Origin: a bacterium
GTDB taxonomy: Bacteria > Myxococcota_A > Bradymonadia > UBA7976 > UBA1532
Assembly: GCA_030427205.1 (NCBI GenBank)
Contig: JAUHXC010000011.1
Location: 172,016-236,015 of the forward strand
Reading direction: 5' to 3'
Length of the DNA: 64,000 nt
Below are positions 8,624 through 17,899 of this stretch, piece by piece. The notes beneath the pieces are model-generated. The model did not search any database and had not been told where the DNA came from. It was given only the letters and a program-made list of their open reading frames with translations. Within the stretch, counting starts at the first letter, position 1. Each line of letters starts with the position of its first letter. A program made the translations under genes and the position numbers.

Positions 8624-9460
8624 ATGAGCAAAACGAACCGCAAGGAAGTGCGCAAGAACGTGCCCCGGCTCGAGACCGCCGTGCCCGACTTCCGGCTGGT
8701 GGCCCACGGCGCCACCGACGTCGGCCGTCGGCGCGAGGTCAACGAAGACTCCTTCCTCATCCTGCCGCGCAATCACGTCTGGATCGTCGCCGACGGCATG
8801 GGCGGGCACGCGGGCGGTCAGGTGGCGAGCACGCTGACCATCGGCACGGTGGGCGACGCGCTCGTGCGCCGGCTCGCCGACGCCGAGGAGTCCGCCGAAG
8901 CGCCGCTCAACGTCGCCGCGCTCGTCGAGTCGTCGGTGCTCGAGGCGTGCCATACCGTCTTCGACACCGCCCGCGAGAACCCCGAGCTGACCGGTATGGG
9001 CAGCACGGTCACCGCGATGATGGTGCACGGCGCCGAGGCCTGGTTCGGCCACGTGGGCGACAGCCGGGCCTATCTGGTGCGCGAGGGCAAGATCCATCAG
9101 GTCACCGAAGACCACTCGCTGGTGCAGGAGCACGTGGCCGCGGGGCTCATCACCCCCGAGCAGGCGCGGGTCTCGGTCATCCGCAACATCATCACCCGCA
9201 GCATCGGCTTCGAGCGCGACGTCAAGGTCGACATCGGCGCGGTGCCGCTCGAGCGGGGCGACGTCTTCCTCCTGTGCTCCGACGGGCTGACCGGCCACGT
9301 CGAAGACCACGAGATCCTCGAGATCATCGAAGGCAACAAGCGCGGGGCGGTGCCCAAGATCCTCATCGACCTGGCCAACAGCCGGGGCGGCGAAGACAAC
9401 TGCACGGTGATCCTCGTCGCGGTCACCGGCCGCCGGGGCCGCAGCCGCAAGGCCAGCTGA
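8624..9460 (+). CDS. PP2C-family Ser/Thr protein phosphatase
   Basis: ATG 8624 after GAGGAA RBS; motifs ATDVGRRREVNEDS, ADGMGGHAGG, GDSRAYL, LCSDGL, GGEDNCTVIL typical of PPM/PP2C. Confidence 0.85.
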   Translation: MSKTNRKEVRKNVPRLETAVPDFRLVAHGATDVGRRREVNEDSFLILPRNHVWIVADGMGGHAGGQVASTLTIGTVGDALVRRLADAEESAEAPLNVAALVESSVLEACHTVFDTARENPELTGMGSTVTAMMVHGAEAWFGHVGDSRAYLVREGKIHQVTEDHSLVQEHVAAGLITPEQARVSVIRNIITRSIGFERDVKVDIGAVPLERGDVFLLCSDGLTGHVEDHEILEIIEGNKRGAVPKILIDLANSRGGEDNCTVILVAVTGRRGRSRKAS

Positions 9461-9472
9461 CCGCGCCCCGCG

Positions 9473-11008
9473 GTGAAGACCCCCGATCCCCGACCCACCC
9501 TCTCGGTCTGCCTCATCGTGCGCGACGAGGCCGCCATGCTCGGCCCGTGCCTCGAGAGCGTGAGCGCGCTCGCCGATCAGATCGTCGTCGTCGATACCGG
9601 CAGCGTCGACGCCACCGTCGACATCGCCCGGGCGCACGGGGCCGAGGTGCATCACTTCAGCTGGTGCGACGACTTCGCCGCCGCCCGCAACGCCAGCCTC
9701 TCCCATGCCCGCGGCGACTTCGTGCTGGTGCTCGACGCCGACGAGCGGCTGGCCCCCGACGCCGCCGACCGCATCCGGGCGGTGATGGCCGCCGAGCCGG
9801 CCGGGGCGCCGCCGACGGTGCACCTGCCGCTGATCGACAACCGCGACGCCGCCGGACAGGCCCTGGGCGCCGACTTCATGCCCCGCCTGTGGCGCAACCG
9901 CCCCGAGCTGCGCTTCACCGGGCGGGTCCACGAGCAGATCGGGGTCGGCGTCGGCGGCTTGCGGCAGGCGTTCGACGACCGCATCCGCATCATGCACCTG
10001 GGCTACGACCCGGATTACGCCGCCGAGCGCGGCAAACGGGCCCGCAACCGCGCGCTGCTCGAAGCCGAGCGGCGCGAACGCCCCGGCGACCCGACCATCG
10101 CCTTCTATCTGGCCAAGGAGGACTACGCCGAGGGCCGCGACGCCGAGGCTCTGGCCGGGTTTCGCCGGGCGATCGACGGCGCGGGGGCCAACCTGTCGCT
10201 GTCGGCGACGCTCTTCGCGGTCGAGTGCCTGCGCAACCTCGGCCGCCACGCCGACGGGGTGGCCCTGGCCCGCGCCGGCCTCGACCGGGCGCCGAGCTAT
10301 GGCGACCTGTGGTTCGTCGCCGGGCGGACGGCCCTCGAAGGCGGCGACCCGGAGACCGCGCTGACGCTGCTCGCCGAGGCCGGCCGCGCGCCCACGGGGC
10401 TGGCGGCCATCGCGTTTCGCGACCTGTCCGTCGGCGAGTGGCGCGCCGCGCTGACCACCGCCCGGGCCCACGCCGCCCGCGCCGGGCAACTCGACGGCGC
10501 GCGCCAGCCCGAAAGCGCCATCCAAGACCGCCGCGCGGCCGCCGCGATCTACTCCCGACTGCGTCGCCGACTGCCCGACGCCGAGCGCCTCGTCGCCGAT
10601 CTGGAGGCCGCCGAGCTGGCGGTGGCCCTGCGCGACCCCGAAGGCGCGTGGCGCCTGCTCGCGCCGACGCTCGACGCCGCGCCGGTCGACGGCGGCGAGA
10701 TCCTGCTCGGGCTGGTGCAGCTGGTCATCGAGCTCGCCGGCCTGCAGCCGGCCTACGGGCTGCTGGTCGACGCGCTCTCGGCCCACCCCGCGCTGCTGCA
10801 TCGGCTGCCGCTGGTGGGCGCCGCCGCCGAGCTGGCCGAGGCGCTGGGCGACGGCGCGCTGACCCAGTGGCTGCACATCTGCACTCTGCTCGACAGCCCG
10901 CATCCGGTGCACTACCGCGCCCTGGCCGACCTGCGCGACGCCGCCGGCGAGGCCGAAGAGGCCGCCCGGCTGCGGTCCCGCGCCGCGTCCCTCGACGACG
11001 CGCCGTAG
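9473..11008 (+). CDS. family-2 glycosyltransferase with C-terminal TPR-like region
   Basis: GTG start 13 bp after phosphatase stop; LSVCLIVRDEAAMLGPCLESV...VVVDTGSVD...VLVLDADERL (GT2 DxD fold) followed by helical repeat region. Confidence 0.7.
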   Translation: MKTPDPRPTLSVCLIVRDEAAMLGPCLESVSALADQIVVVDTGSVDATVDIARAHGAEVHHFSWCDDFAAARNASLSHARGDFVLVLDADERLAPDAADRIRAVMAAEPAGAPPTVHLPLIDNRDAAGQALGADFMPRLWRNRPELRFTGRVHEQIGVGVGGLRQAFDDRIRIMHLGYDPDYAAERGKRARNRALLEAERRERPGDPTIAFYLAKEDYAEGRDAEALAGFRRAIDGAGANLSLSATLFAVECLRNLGRHADGVALARAGLDRAPSYGDLWFVAGRTALEGGDPETALTLLAEAGRAPTGLAAIAFRDLSVGEWRAALTTARAHAARAGQLDGARQPESAIQDRRAAAAIYSRLRRRLPDAERLVADLEAAELAVALRDPEGAWRLLAPTLDAAPVDGGEILLGLVQLVIELAGLQPAYGLLVDALSAHPALLHRLPLVGAAAELAEALGDGALTQWLHICTLLDSPHPVHYRALADLRDAAGEAEEAARLRSRAASLDDAP

Positions 11009-11014
11009 CGGCGG

Positions 11015-11689
11015 CTACTCGGCGAGCTTGTAGCCCACCCCGCGCACCGTCTCGATGGTCTCCGCCGACAGCCCGGCGGCCACCAGCTTCTTGCGCAGCG
11101 TCTTGATGTGCACGTCGACCGTGCGCTCGGTCACCGCCACGTCCGGCCCCCAGGCCCGGTCGAGCAGCTGCCCGCGCTCGAAGACGCGGCCCGGCGCGCC
11201 GACGAAGACCGCCAGCAGGTCGAACTCGGTGCGCGACAGGCCCAGCTCGGTGCCTTCGGCCCACGCTTGGCGCTTCTCCGGATCGACCCGCAGCCGGGGC
11301 ACGCCGGTGGGCCCCGCCGGGCTCACCCGGCGCAAGACCGCGCGCACGCGGGCCACCATCTCCCGCGGTGAGAACGGCTTGTCCACGTAGTCGTCGGCCC
11401 CCAGCTCGAGCCCGACGATGTGCTCCACCGGGTCGTCGTGGCTCGACAGGATGATCACCGGGATGCGGTCGCCGTCGGCCCGGGCGCGCAGCCAGTCGAG
11501 GCCGTTGCCGTCGGGCAGCATCAGGTCGAGGATGACCAGCGCCGGCGGCGCCTGGGTCAGCGCGGCGTCGGCCTCGGCCAGGGTGCGGGCGGTGCGGGTC
11601 TCGAAGCCGGCGCGCCCGAGGGCATAGGCCAGGCTCTCGGTGATGGCCGGCTCGTCGTCGACGAGCAGGATCGTCTGGGGGGCGGGCAT
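11015..11689 (-). CDS. OmpR-family response regulator (receiver + winged-helix DNA-binding)
   Basis: ILLVDDEPAI...LVILDLMLPDGNGLD...RTVDVHIKTLRKKL...GVGYKL. Confidence 0.85.
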   Translation of the reverse strand: MPAPQTILLVDDEPAITESLAYALGRAGFETRTARTLAEADAALTQAPPALVILDLMLPDGNGLDWLRARADGDRIPVIILSSHDDPVEHIVGLELGADDYVDKPFSPREMVARVRAVLRRVSPAGPTGVPRLRVDPEKRQAWAEGTELGLSRTEFDLLAVFVGAPGRVFERGQLLDRAWGPDVAVTERTVDVHIKTLRKKLVAAGLSAETIETVRGVGYKLAE

Positions 11690-11725
11690 CGCGACTCCCG
11701 ACGCTCGGCGCGGTCGCCGGCCAGG

Positions 11726-12388
11726 TCAGCCGGCCGGGCTCGGCTCGGGGCCGGTCTCCATGTTCGCGCGCACGTTGCGGATGATGGTGCGGATCCTGTG
11801 CTGCCAGTTGTAGACCACCTGGGTGGTGACCTGCATCACCTCCGCGACATCGGCCGGCTTTCGCCCGTCGACGTAGATGTAGGTGAAGATGAGCTTGCCC
11901 CGCTCGGGCAGGGTGTCGATCAGCGCCGCCTTCAGCCGCCCGGCGAGCTCGCGGCTCATCGCCTGCGCCTCCGGGTCGGCGCCGCCGGAGAGCCCGTGCA
12001 GGTCGTCGAGGTTGGTCATGGTGACGTTGCCTCCGCTCTTCTGGGTCTCGGTCTTGATGCGCTCGCCGCGGGTCTTCGAGCGGGCGACGACGGTCACGTA
12101 GGCCTCCAGGTTGCCCCGCGTCGGGTCGAACTTGCGCAGCACCGCCGCGTCCTTGTCGAGGATGTGGGTCCAGACCTCCTGCACCAGATCGTCGCCGTCG
12201 TGCGCCCCGAGCGTGAAGCGGCCGCGCTTGCGCAGGGCGTAGCGCACGGTGCGCCGGATGATCGGCATCAGCCACTCGACGAGGTCGCGCATCGCCCGCC
12301 GGTCACCGCCGAGCGCCTTCTTCAAGAGATCAACGCCCGCGTCGACGGCCACCGACATGGCCACCGTCAGCAACCAGAAGCCATTCAT
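11726..12388 (-). CDS. ECF (sigma-70 family) RNA polymerase sigma factor
   Basis: Region 2 (DLVQEVWTHILDK) and region 4 HTH (IFTYIYVDGRKPADVAEVMQVTTQVVYNWQHRIR); start overlaps upstream anti-sigma stop (ATGA). Confidence 0.7.
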   Translation of the reverse strand: MNGFWLLTVAMSVAVDAGVDLLKKALGGDRRAMRDLVEWLMPIIRRTVRYALRKRGRFTLGAHDGDDLVQEVWTHILDKDAAVLRKFDPTRGNLEAYVTVVARSKTRGERIKTETQKSGGNVTMTNLDDLHGLSGGADPEAQAMSRELAGRLKAALIDTLPERGKLIFTYIYVDGRKPADVAEVMQVTTQVVYNWQHRIRTIIRNVRANMETGPEPSPAG

Positions 12389-13179
12389 TCGGACCCCTCC
12401 TTCCGGTCGACGTAGTCGAACTCGACCGCGTGCCAGCGTACGCCGCCCTCGTCTTCAGAGGTGGGTAGGGATTCGCCGGCGAGCCCTTGCAACTGCGCCT
12501 CGTCGAAGGCGAAGGCGACGTGCAGGCTGCGCTGACCGAGCCGGTCTCCGAGGATCCGGGTGATCGGCGCTTCGAGGGTCCACGCGCCGCCGGCACCGAA
12601 CTGCCCTTGCGCCTTCGAGAGTTCGAGCTTGCCGCCCTCATCGACGAAGGCCCGGGCGGTGATGGCCGCGTCTGCTTTGGCGTCGAGGTCCTCGCCGGGC
12701 TTGAGGATCACCGTCACCGTCGCCTCGTTGTCGACGCGATACGGTCCTCCGACGGACGGCCCGCGGAGCGGCGACTCGTCCCCGCGGACCAGCTTTTGGG
12801 CGCCGACGACGTCGAAGACCGCGTAGCCCGGCGGCGGATCGACCGTGGGCCGCATCACGAAGAAGGCCACCGCCGCCGCCAGGCTCAGCAGGGTCACCGT
12901 CGGGGCGATCCACCGCTTCGGGGGCCGCACCGCGCGGGTGCCGTGCTTGACCGCCCAGGCCTGTACGAACGCGCTCGGCGCGTCCTCGAACTCGTCGATG
13001 AAGGCCCGCGCCGCCGGATCGGCCGCCAGCATGACTTCGGCGCGGGCGGTCTCCACCTCGTCGAGCTCACCGGCGCGCCAGGCCATCAGGAGCGCCAGAT
13101 CGGCCTCCTCCTCGGGGGGGTCGAGCAGCGGCCCCAGGCCGCTGGCGAGGGCGTCGATGTCGTCGTCGCTGAGGGTCAT
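12385..13179 (-). CDS. putative transmembrane anti-sigma factor
   Basis: Cytoplasmic N-term (Glu/Asp-rich), single TM (WIAPTVTLLSLAAAVAFFVM), periplasmic C-term; 4-bp overlaps with CHAT gene upstream and sigma gene downstream. Confidence 0.5.
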   Translation of the reverse strand: MTLSDDDIDALASGLGPLLDPPEEEADLALLMAWRAGELDEVETARAEVMLAADPAARAFIDEFEDAPSAFVQAWAVKHGTRAVRPPKRWIAPTVTLLSLAAAVAFFVMRPTVDPPPGYAVFDVVGAQKLVRGDESPLRGPSVGGPYRVDNEATVTVILKPGEDLDAKADAAITARAFVDEGGKLELSKAQGQFGAGGAWTLEAPITRILGDRLGQRSLHVAFAFDEAQLQGLAGESLPTSEDEGGVRWHAVEFDYVDRKEGSE

Positions 13180-15995
13180 TGCGCTTCCTCACAGTGTCGC
13201 AGGGATCGTTCGGGTGGAATCGGGATGTGCGGCCGGCCGACGAGGCGCCAGTTGTTCCAGCTCTCGTTGCCTGCGTCGAGCAAGGCGCGGGTCGCCGCAC
13301 GCAGCGCCGGTCCCGGCCGATGGTCGCCGCCGTGCACGTAGAAGGCCTCGCTGAACAGCTTCGCGTGCTCGTCCCGCACTGGCCGATCGGTGGCGACGAC
13401 CGCGCCGCTGCCCGCCACGAGCAGCGCCTCGGGCAGTCCGAGCACGTCGTCGCGGGTCGACAGCGCGTCGGCGCCGGTCTGACAGCCGTTGAGCACGACC
13501 AGCCCGGCGACGGCCTGTTCGAGCCCGAGGATGTCGAAGACGTCAAAAGGCTTCTTGCCGGCCATGACCAGATGCGTCGACCAGGGGTGATCGGGGATCG
13601 ACTCGCCATGCCCCGAGAAGTGCACCAGCCGCGATGCCTTCAAGCTGCCTTCGAGCTTCGGGCCGGTCGCCGCCTCCCGGGCGAAGAGGCGCGAGCCGGG
13701 CAGGGTCCGCGCGAGCCACTCCCCCTCGGCGTAGGCATTGCCCAGCTCACTGGTCGGGTCGGCCAGGATCGTCGGTGGTCCGCACGGGATCTTGCGTTCG
13801 GCGACGAGCAGCTCGCCCGCCGGCAGCAGGGAGACCGAATACGGCCGATAGTTCGCCGCGCGGAAGGCGACCGCCACGACGTCCGGGTGGCCGCCCGCGA
13901 CCACATACAGATGCGCGGTGCTCCACGGCGGCGTGGGCAGGGTGTCGTCGTCGACGAATTCGGGCAGCGGGGTGGTCTCGTAGGCCGTCGCGCTGGCCCA
14001 CAGCGCGACCCGGCCGCCATCGCGCCGGGCCACCACCATGATGGTCTGCCCCGGCTCCAGCGCCGCCTGGACCTGCGCCGGGTCGACCCCGGTCAGCGGC
14101 AGCTCGGCGTCGAGGAAGTCGGCGACCGCCTTCACCGCAGCCCGCTGACGCGCCTCCGCCCTCTTCAGCTCGCGCTCCGATGCGCGCTGAGCCGCGCCCG
14201 CCGTGCGGCGAATCCGCTGCTTCAGGGCGCGGATCTCGTCGGCGATTTCGGCGATCCGCCCGCGCAGCCCACGCAAGACGTCGCGCTTGTCGGCGTCGAG
14301 GCTGTCGGCGAGTCGAGCGGCGAGCATCGTGCGCAGGACGCGGCCCTGGTTGCGGTCGGCCAGGGTGAACGCTCGCCGCAGGCTCCTCTGGTCGCCCCGC
14401 TCGATGGCCAGCGTCAACGAGGCGCGCAGCAGCTCGGCCCGGTCGTCGAGGAATCCGATCCGCTGCTCGAGCGGGTCCGTCAGCGCAGCCAGCCGCTTCA
14501 GCCGCGTCCGGGCTCGGGCGAAGTGCGTCTCGGCGGTCTGCAGATCACCGGCGGCGCGGGCCGCCTGTCCCAGCCCCAGCGCTGCCCGCCAGCCGTAGTC
14601 CCCGCCGTGAACTCCCCAGTGCGCCACCGCCGCCGCCTCGGCGGCCTCGAAGGGCGCCCGTGCCTCCGCCCAGCGCCCCTGAGCCAGCTCGAGCCGCCCC
14701 GTCAGCAGCGACGCGAACCCGCGGATCTCGTCGGCGGCGCTGCTCGCGAAGGGCGCGATCAACGCCGCCGCGGTCGACCAGTGTCCGTCGAGAAGCTCGA
14801 CGAGGGCCAGATTGAGCTGTACGTGGGCCCACGCGCTCGACCGGGTATCGGCCAGGAGGGCCGCCGCCTGCTCGAAGAGCCGACGGACCCGGCCGAAGTC
14901 ACGGGGGATCGCGCCGCGCTCCATGGCTTGCAGCAGGACGAAGCCGGCGTTGCTCGCGAAGCTCGCCCGGGTCTCGGGATCCAGCGTCGGGATGTCGACC
15001 AGCGGCTCGATCAGCTCGACCGCCGCCCGATGGTTGCCGAGGGACTGCGCCAGCGCCGCTCGGATCTGGCCCGTATTGGCCGCCAGCTCGTCCACGGCCG
15101 GACCGGCGCGCTTGATGAGGTCGGTCACGGCGACGGCCGCCGCGTGCGCTTCGCGCCAGCGCGCGGTGAGGTAGTACAGCTGCAGGGAGACATCGGTCAG
15201 GCGCAGGCGGGCCTCGGCGTCGAGCTCGGCGGCGATCGACCGCGCCTCGTCGAGGTACGCCGCGGCGGTGGTGAAGTCCGAGCGGACCAGCGCCCAGAAC
15301 GCCGCGGCGCACAACCGGCTCACCCGCTCCGACGGCACGCGCTGGCGCGCCGCCAGCTCGGCCGCGCGGACGTAGGCCGCCTCGCTGACCCGGCGGTGAT
15401 CTTCATCCGGGCCGCAGAGGCTCTTCGCCTTGTTCGCCGCCAGGAGGGTCGCCCACAACGCCACCTCGTCTTCGCTCTGTCGATCGACGATGGTCGCGAT
15501 CTCGGTCTCGCTCGCGCAGCGCGCGGCCTCGTCTTCGGGGTCGCCCTCGACCTCCGCGGCCAGCGTCACGATCCGGGCCACCGCCGGCAGCTGCTTGGGT
15601 GGCCTGCGCCATTCGGCCGGCCAGCGGGCCACGGTGAAGCCCGCCTGGCGCAGCTGCAGCTCGCCGGGGCTGAGGGGCGGATCGTTCTCGACGACGAGGA
15701 AGTTCATCTCACCCCTCGCCTCGGTCCGATGATCCAGCGGGAAGATACGGCCGTCGGCGTCCACCCAGCGCAGCGCCAGCCCGAGCGGGCTCGGCACCCG
15801 AACGATCGGCCGCTGCTCGTCGTCGAACCAGCGGACCGGCCGGCCGTCGCGCAGGGCGATCGCCCGCCGGCCGTGCAGCTCGACGTCGGGCATCGGTCGC
15901 TGCGCCGCGGCCGATGCGCTCGGCTCTTCGGCAGCGGAGACGCCGCCCAGGACGATGGCGACCAGCCAGAGAGCATGCAGTGGGGCACAACGCAT
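13176..15995 (-). CDS. secreted TPR-repeat protein with C-terminal CHAT (caspase-like) protease domain
   Basis: Signal peptide MRCAPLHALWLVAIVLGGVSAAEE; long helical TPR-like region; C-terminal VHFSGHG ... LVVLNGCQTG His/Cys dyad arrangement of CHAT domains. Confidence 0.65.
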   Translation of the reverse strand: MRCAPLHALWLVAIVLGGVSAAEEPSASAAAQRPMPDVELHGRRAIALRDGRPVRWFDDEQRPIVRVPSPLGLALRWVDADGRIFPLDHRTEARGEMNFLVVENDPPLSPGELQLRQAGFTVARWPAEWRRPPKQLPAVARIVTLAAEVEGDPEDEAARCASETEIATIVDRQSEDEVALWATLLAANKAKSLCGPDEDHRRVSEAAYVRAAELAARQRVPSERVSRLCAAAFWALVRSDFTTAAAYLDEARSIAAELDAEARLRLTDVSLQLYYLTARWREAHAAAVAVTDLIKRAGPAVDELAANTGQIRAALAQSLGNHRAAVELIEPLVDIPTLDPETRASFASNAGFVLLQAMERGAIPRDFGRVRRLFEQAAALLADTRSSAWAHVQLNLALVELLDGHWSTAAALIAPFASSAADEIRGFASLLTGRLELAQGRWAEARAPFEAAEAAAVAHWGVHGGDYGWRAALGLGQAARAAGDLQTAETHFARARTRLKRLAALTDPLEQRIGFLDDRAELLRASLTLAIERGDQRSLRRAFTLADRNQGRVLRTMLAARLADSLDADKRDVLRGLRGRIAEIADEIRALKQRIRRTAGAAQRASERELKRAEARQRAAVKAVADFLDAELPLTGVDPAQVQAALEPGQTIMVVARRDGGRVALWASATAYETTPLPEFVDDDTLPTPPWSTAHLYVVAGGHPDVVAVAFRAANYRPYSVSLLPAGELLVAERKIPCGPPTILADPTSELGNAYAEGEWLARTLPGSRLFAREAATGPKLEGSLKASRLVHFSGHGESIPDHPWSTHLVMAGKKPFDVFDILGLEQAVAGLVVLNGCQTGADALSTRDDVLGLPEALLVAGSGAVVATDRPVRDEHAKLFSEAFYVHGGDHRPGPALRAATRALLDAGNESWNNWRLVGRPHIPIPPERSLRHCEEAQ

Positions 15996-16084
15996 CGTCT
16001 GGTGCTACGTGAGCCGACGCGACGTGTCCAGGGATCGGGGTGTTTCATGGGTCTATCAACCACTTACGGCCGGCTCGATACCGC

Positions 16085-17233
16085 TCAGAACCACGGCGAC
16101 GCGGCGGCCGCCGCCGAGCCCACCGCGAGGCTCGCGGCCACGGCGGACGCGCTCAGGAGCCAGCGGGACCGCCGGCGGCTGCGCTCGCCCGGCGCGCGAC
16201 TGCGCCGGACCGAGCCGGTGCCGTCGCCGCCGTCCCGGGCCCGCTCGGCCTCGTGCTCGGCGAAGCGCGCCAGCAGCTCGGCGCTCGGCGGGTCGATGAG
16301 CGTATCGTCCTCGCCGCCGAAGAGCCCGGTCAGCTCGGCGAGCGCGGCGCTCATCGCCCGCGGGTCGGCGAACCGCGAGCTGGGGGACTTGGCCATCGCC
16401 CGGGTGATGACCGCGCTCAGCTCGCCGGTGGGGTCGACCTCCAGCGGCAGCCGCGGCACCGGATCGACCGCGTGGCCGAGCAATACGGTCTCGAGCGTGC
16501 CGCGGAAGGGCGCGTGGCCGGCGAGCATCTCGAAGAGCACGACGCCGAGCGAGTACTGGTCGGCCGCCGGGCCCACCGGCAGCTCGGCCAGCGGCTCGGG
16601 GGCCATGTACAGCGGGCTGCCGAGCATCCAGCCGGCCTGGGTCAGGTCTTCGTCGTCGTCGTCGAAGCCGTCCTCGCGCCGGGCGAGGCCGAAGTCGATG
16701 AGGGTCACCTGCTCGTGCCCGAAGCCATCCCGCCGCAGCAGGATGTGGGCCGGCTTGATGTCCCGGTGCACCACGCCGTGGCGGTGGGCGACGGCGAGGG
16801 CGTCGAGCACCTGCCGGGCGATGTCGAGCGCCCGCGCCGGCGCCAGGGCGCCCTCGGTGTCGATCACCCGCTCCAGCGAGGTGCCCTCGACGAGCTCTTC
16901 GACGATGTACAGCCCGCCCGACTCGGGGCCCTCGTCACGCAGGGTGCCATAGCGCAGGAGCCCGACGATCGACGGGTGGTCGAGCAGCTCGAGGGCCCGC
17001 ACCTCGCGCAGGAAGCGCATGCGGTGCTGCATGTCGTGGGCGTTGGGGCCGGTCAGCAGCTTGACCGCCACCGACCGGCCCGATGGCCGTTGCTCTGCGC
17101 GGTAGACGGTGCCTTGCACCCCGGCCCCGAGGCGCTCGACCAGGTCGAACTCACCGGCGATGGTCCGGCCGATCCAGGGATCGACGGTCTCGGCGGCGTT
17201 CGGGGCGGCGACGGCGGGGTCGGAGTGGCGCAT
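16085..17233 (-). CDS. Hanks-type Ser/Thr protein kinase with C-terminal TM segment
   Basis: Internal start MRHSDPAV (cat 17231..17233); GAGVQGTVY, AVK, HRDIKPAHILL, DFGLAR, APE motifs; C-term RWLLSASAVAASLAVGSAAAA; track ORF extended upstream through non-proteinlike sequence. Confidence 0.85.
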   Translation of the reverse strand: MRHSDPAVAAPNAAETVDPWIGRTIAGEFDLVERLGAGVQGTVYRAEQRPSGRSVAVKLLTGPNAHDMQHRMRFLREVRALELLDHPSIVGLLRYGTLRDEGPESGGLYIVEELVEGTSLERVIDTEGALAPARALDIARQVLDALAVAHRHGVVHRDIKPAHILLRRDGFGHEQVTLIDFGLARREDGFDDDDEDLTQAGWMLGSPLYMAPEPLAELPVGPAADQYSLGVVLFEMLAGHAPFRGTLETVLLGHAVDPVPRLPLEVDPTGELSAVITRAMAKSPSSRFADPRAMSAALAELTGLFGGEDDTLIDPPSAELLARFAEHEAERARDGGDGTGSVRRSRAPGERSRRRSRWLLSASAVAASLAVGSAAAAASPWF

Positions 17234-17410
17234 GATGACCTCGGGGGCGGAGGGTTCGTCGAGATCTAGGGCGGGCGACGGATTTTCTTTCGTTGGCGGG
17301 CCATGATTTTTCGATCGAGATATCGGGGGCCTTTCCGATCGGCCCCGGCGGTTGTCGCCGGGCGACGCCGATGCCAAGATGCGGCCACGACAACCCACGG
17401 GAGCCCTCTG

Positions 17411-17899
17411 ATGCGTATCGTCCTGCTGTCCCTCACGATGCTCGCCCTCGCCGTCGCCTGCGGTCCCAACCCCGAGCCCAAGCCCGACGCGCCGGCGGAG
17501 GCCACGAGCAGTGACCCCCGGCCGATCATCATCACCTGCGGCTCGTGCCGGGTGGAGGTCTGCTACGACACCGCCAACCCCGAGCGGCTCGGCAACGTCA
17601 AGCTCGACCTGCGGCCGACCGCCGACGGCGAGCCGCTCGTCGGCGACTGGCAGGCGGCGCTGCTCGAGCTCGAGCCCCCGTCGGGCGGCGCGCAGGGCCT
17701 CGCGCTCAAGACCGACGCCTGGAAGGACAGCGGCCCGATCCTGGCCTCGGTGAAGGACCCCAAGCTGCAGCCGGTCTCCGGCGGCTGGGCCAAGGCCAAG
17801 GCCACGCTGACCCTCACCTGGAAGGACGGCAAGCAGGTCCGCTCGCACAAGTTCACCGCCAAGGACGGCCTGCGGGTCAACGTCATGTCCTGCAAGTAG
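17411..17899 (+). CDS. hypothetical lipoprotein
   Basis: MRIVLLSLTMLALAVACG lipobox; ATG 17411. Confidence 0.45.
   Translation: MRIVLLSLTMLALAVACGPNPEPKPDAPAEATSSDPRPIIITCGSCRVEVCYDTANPERLGNVKLDLRPTADGEPLVGDWQAALLELEPPSGGAQGLALKTDAWKDSGPILASVKDPKLQPVSGGWAKAKATLTLTWKDGKQVRSHKFTAKDGLRVNVMSCK

Noticed and set aside
8540-11106. 790-aa minus-strand and 719-aa plus-strand ORFs
   Set aside because: They are antisense or out-of-frame to the well-supported PP2C and GT2 genes. Their composition is Arg/Gly/Pro-rich, typical of spurious ORFs in high-GC DNA.
13179-16952. 1257-aa plus-strand ORF
   Set aside because: It is antisense to the CHAT/TPR gene and the kinase gene and shows no domain signatures.
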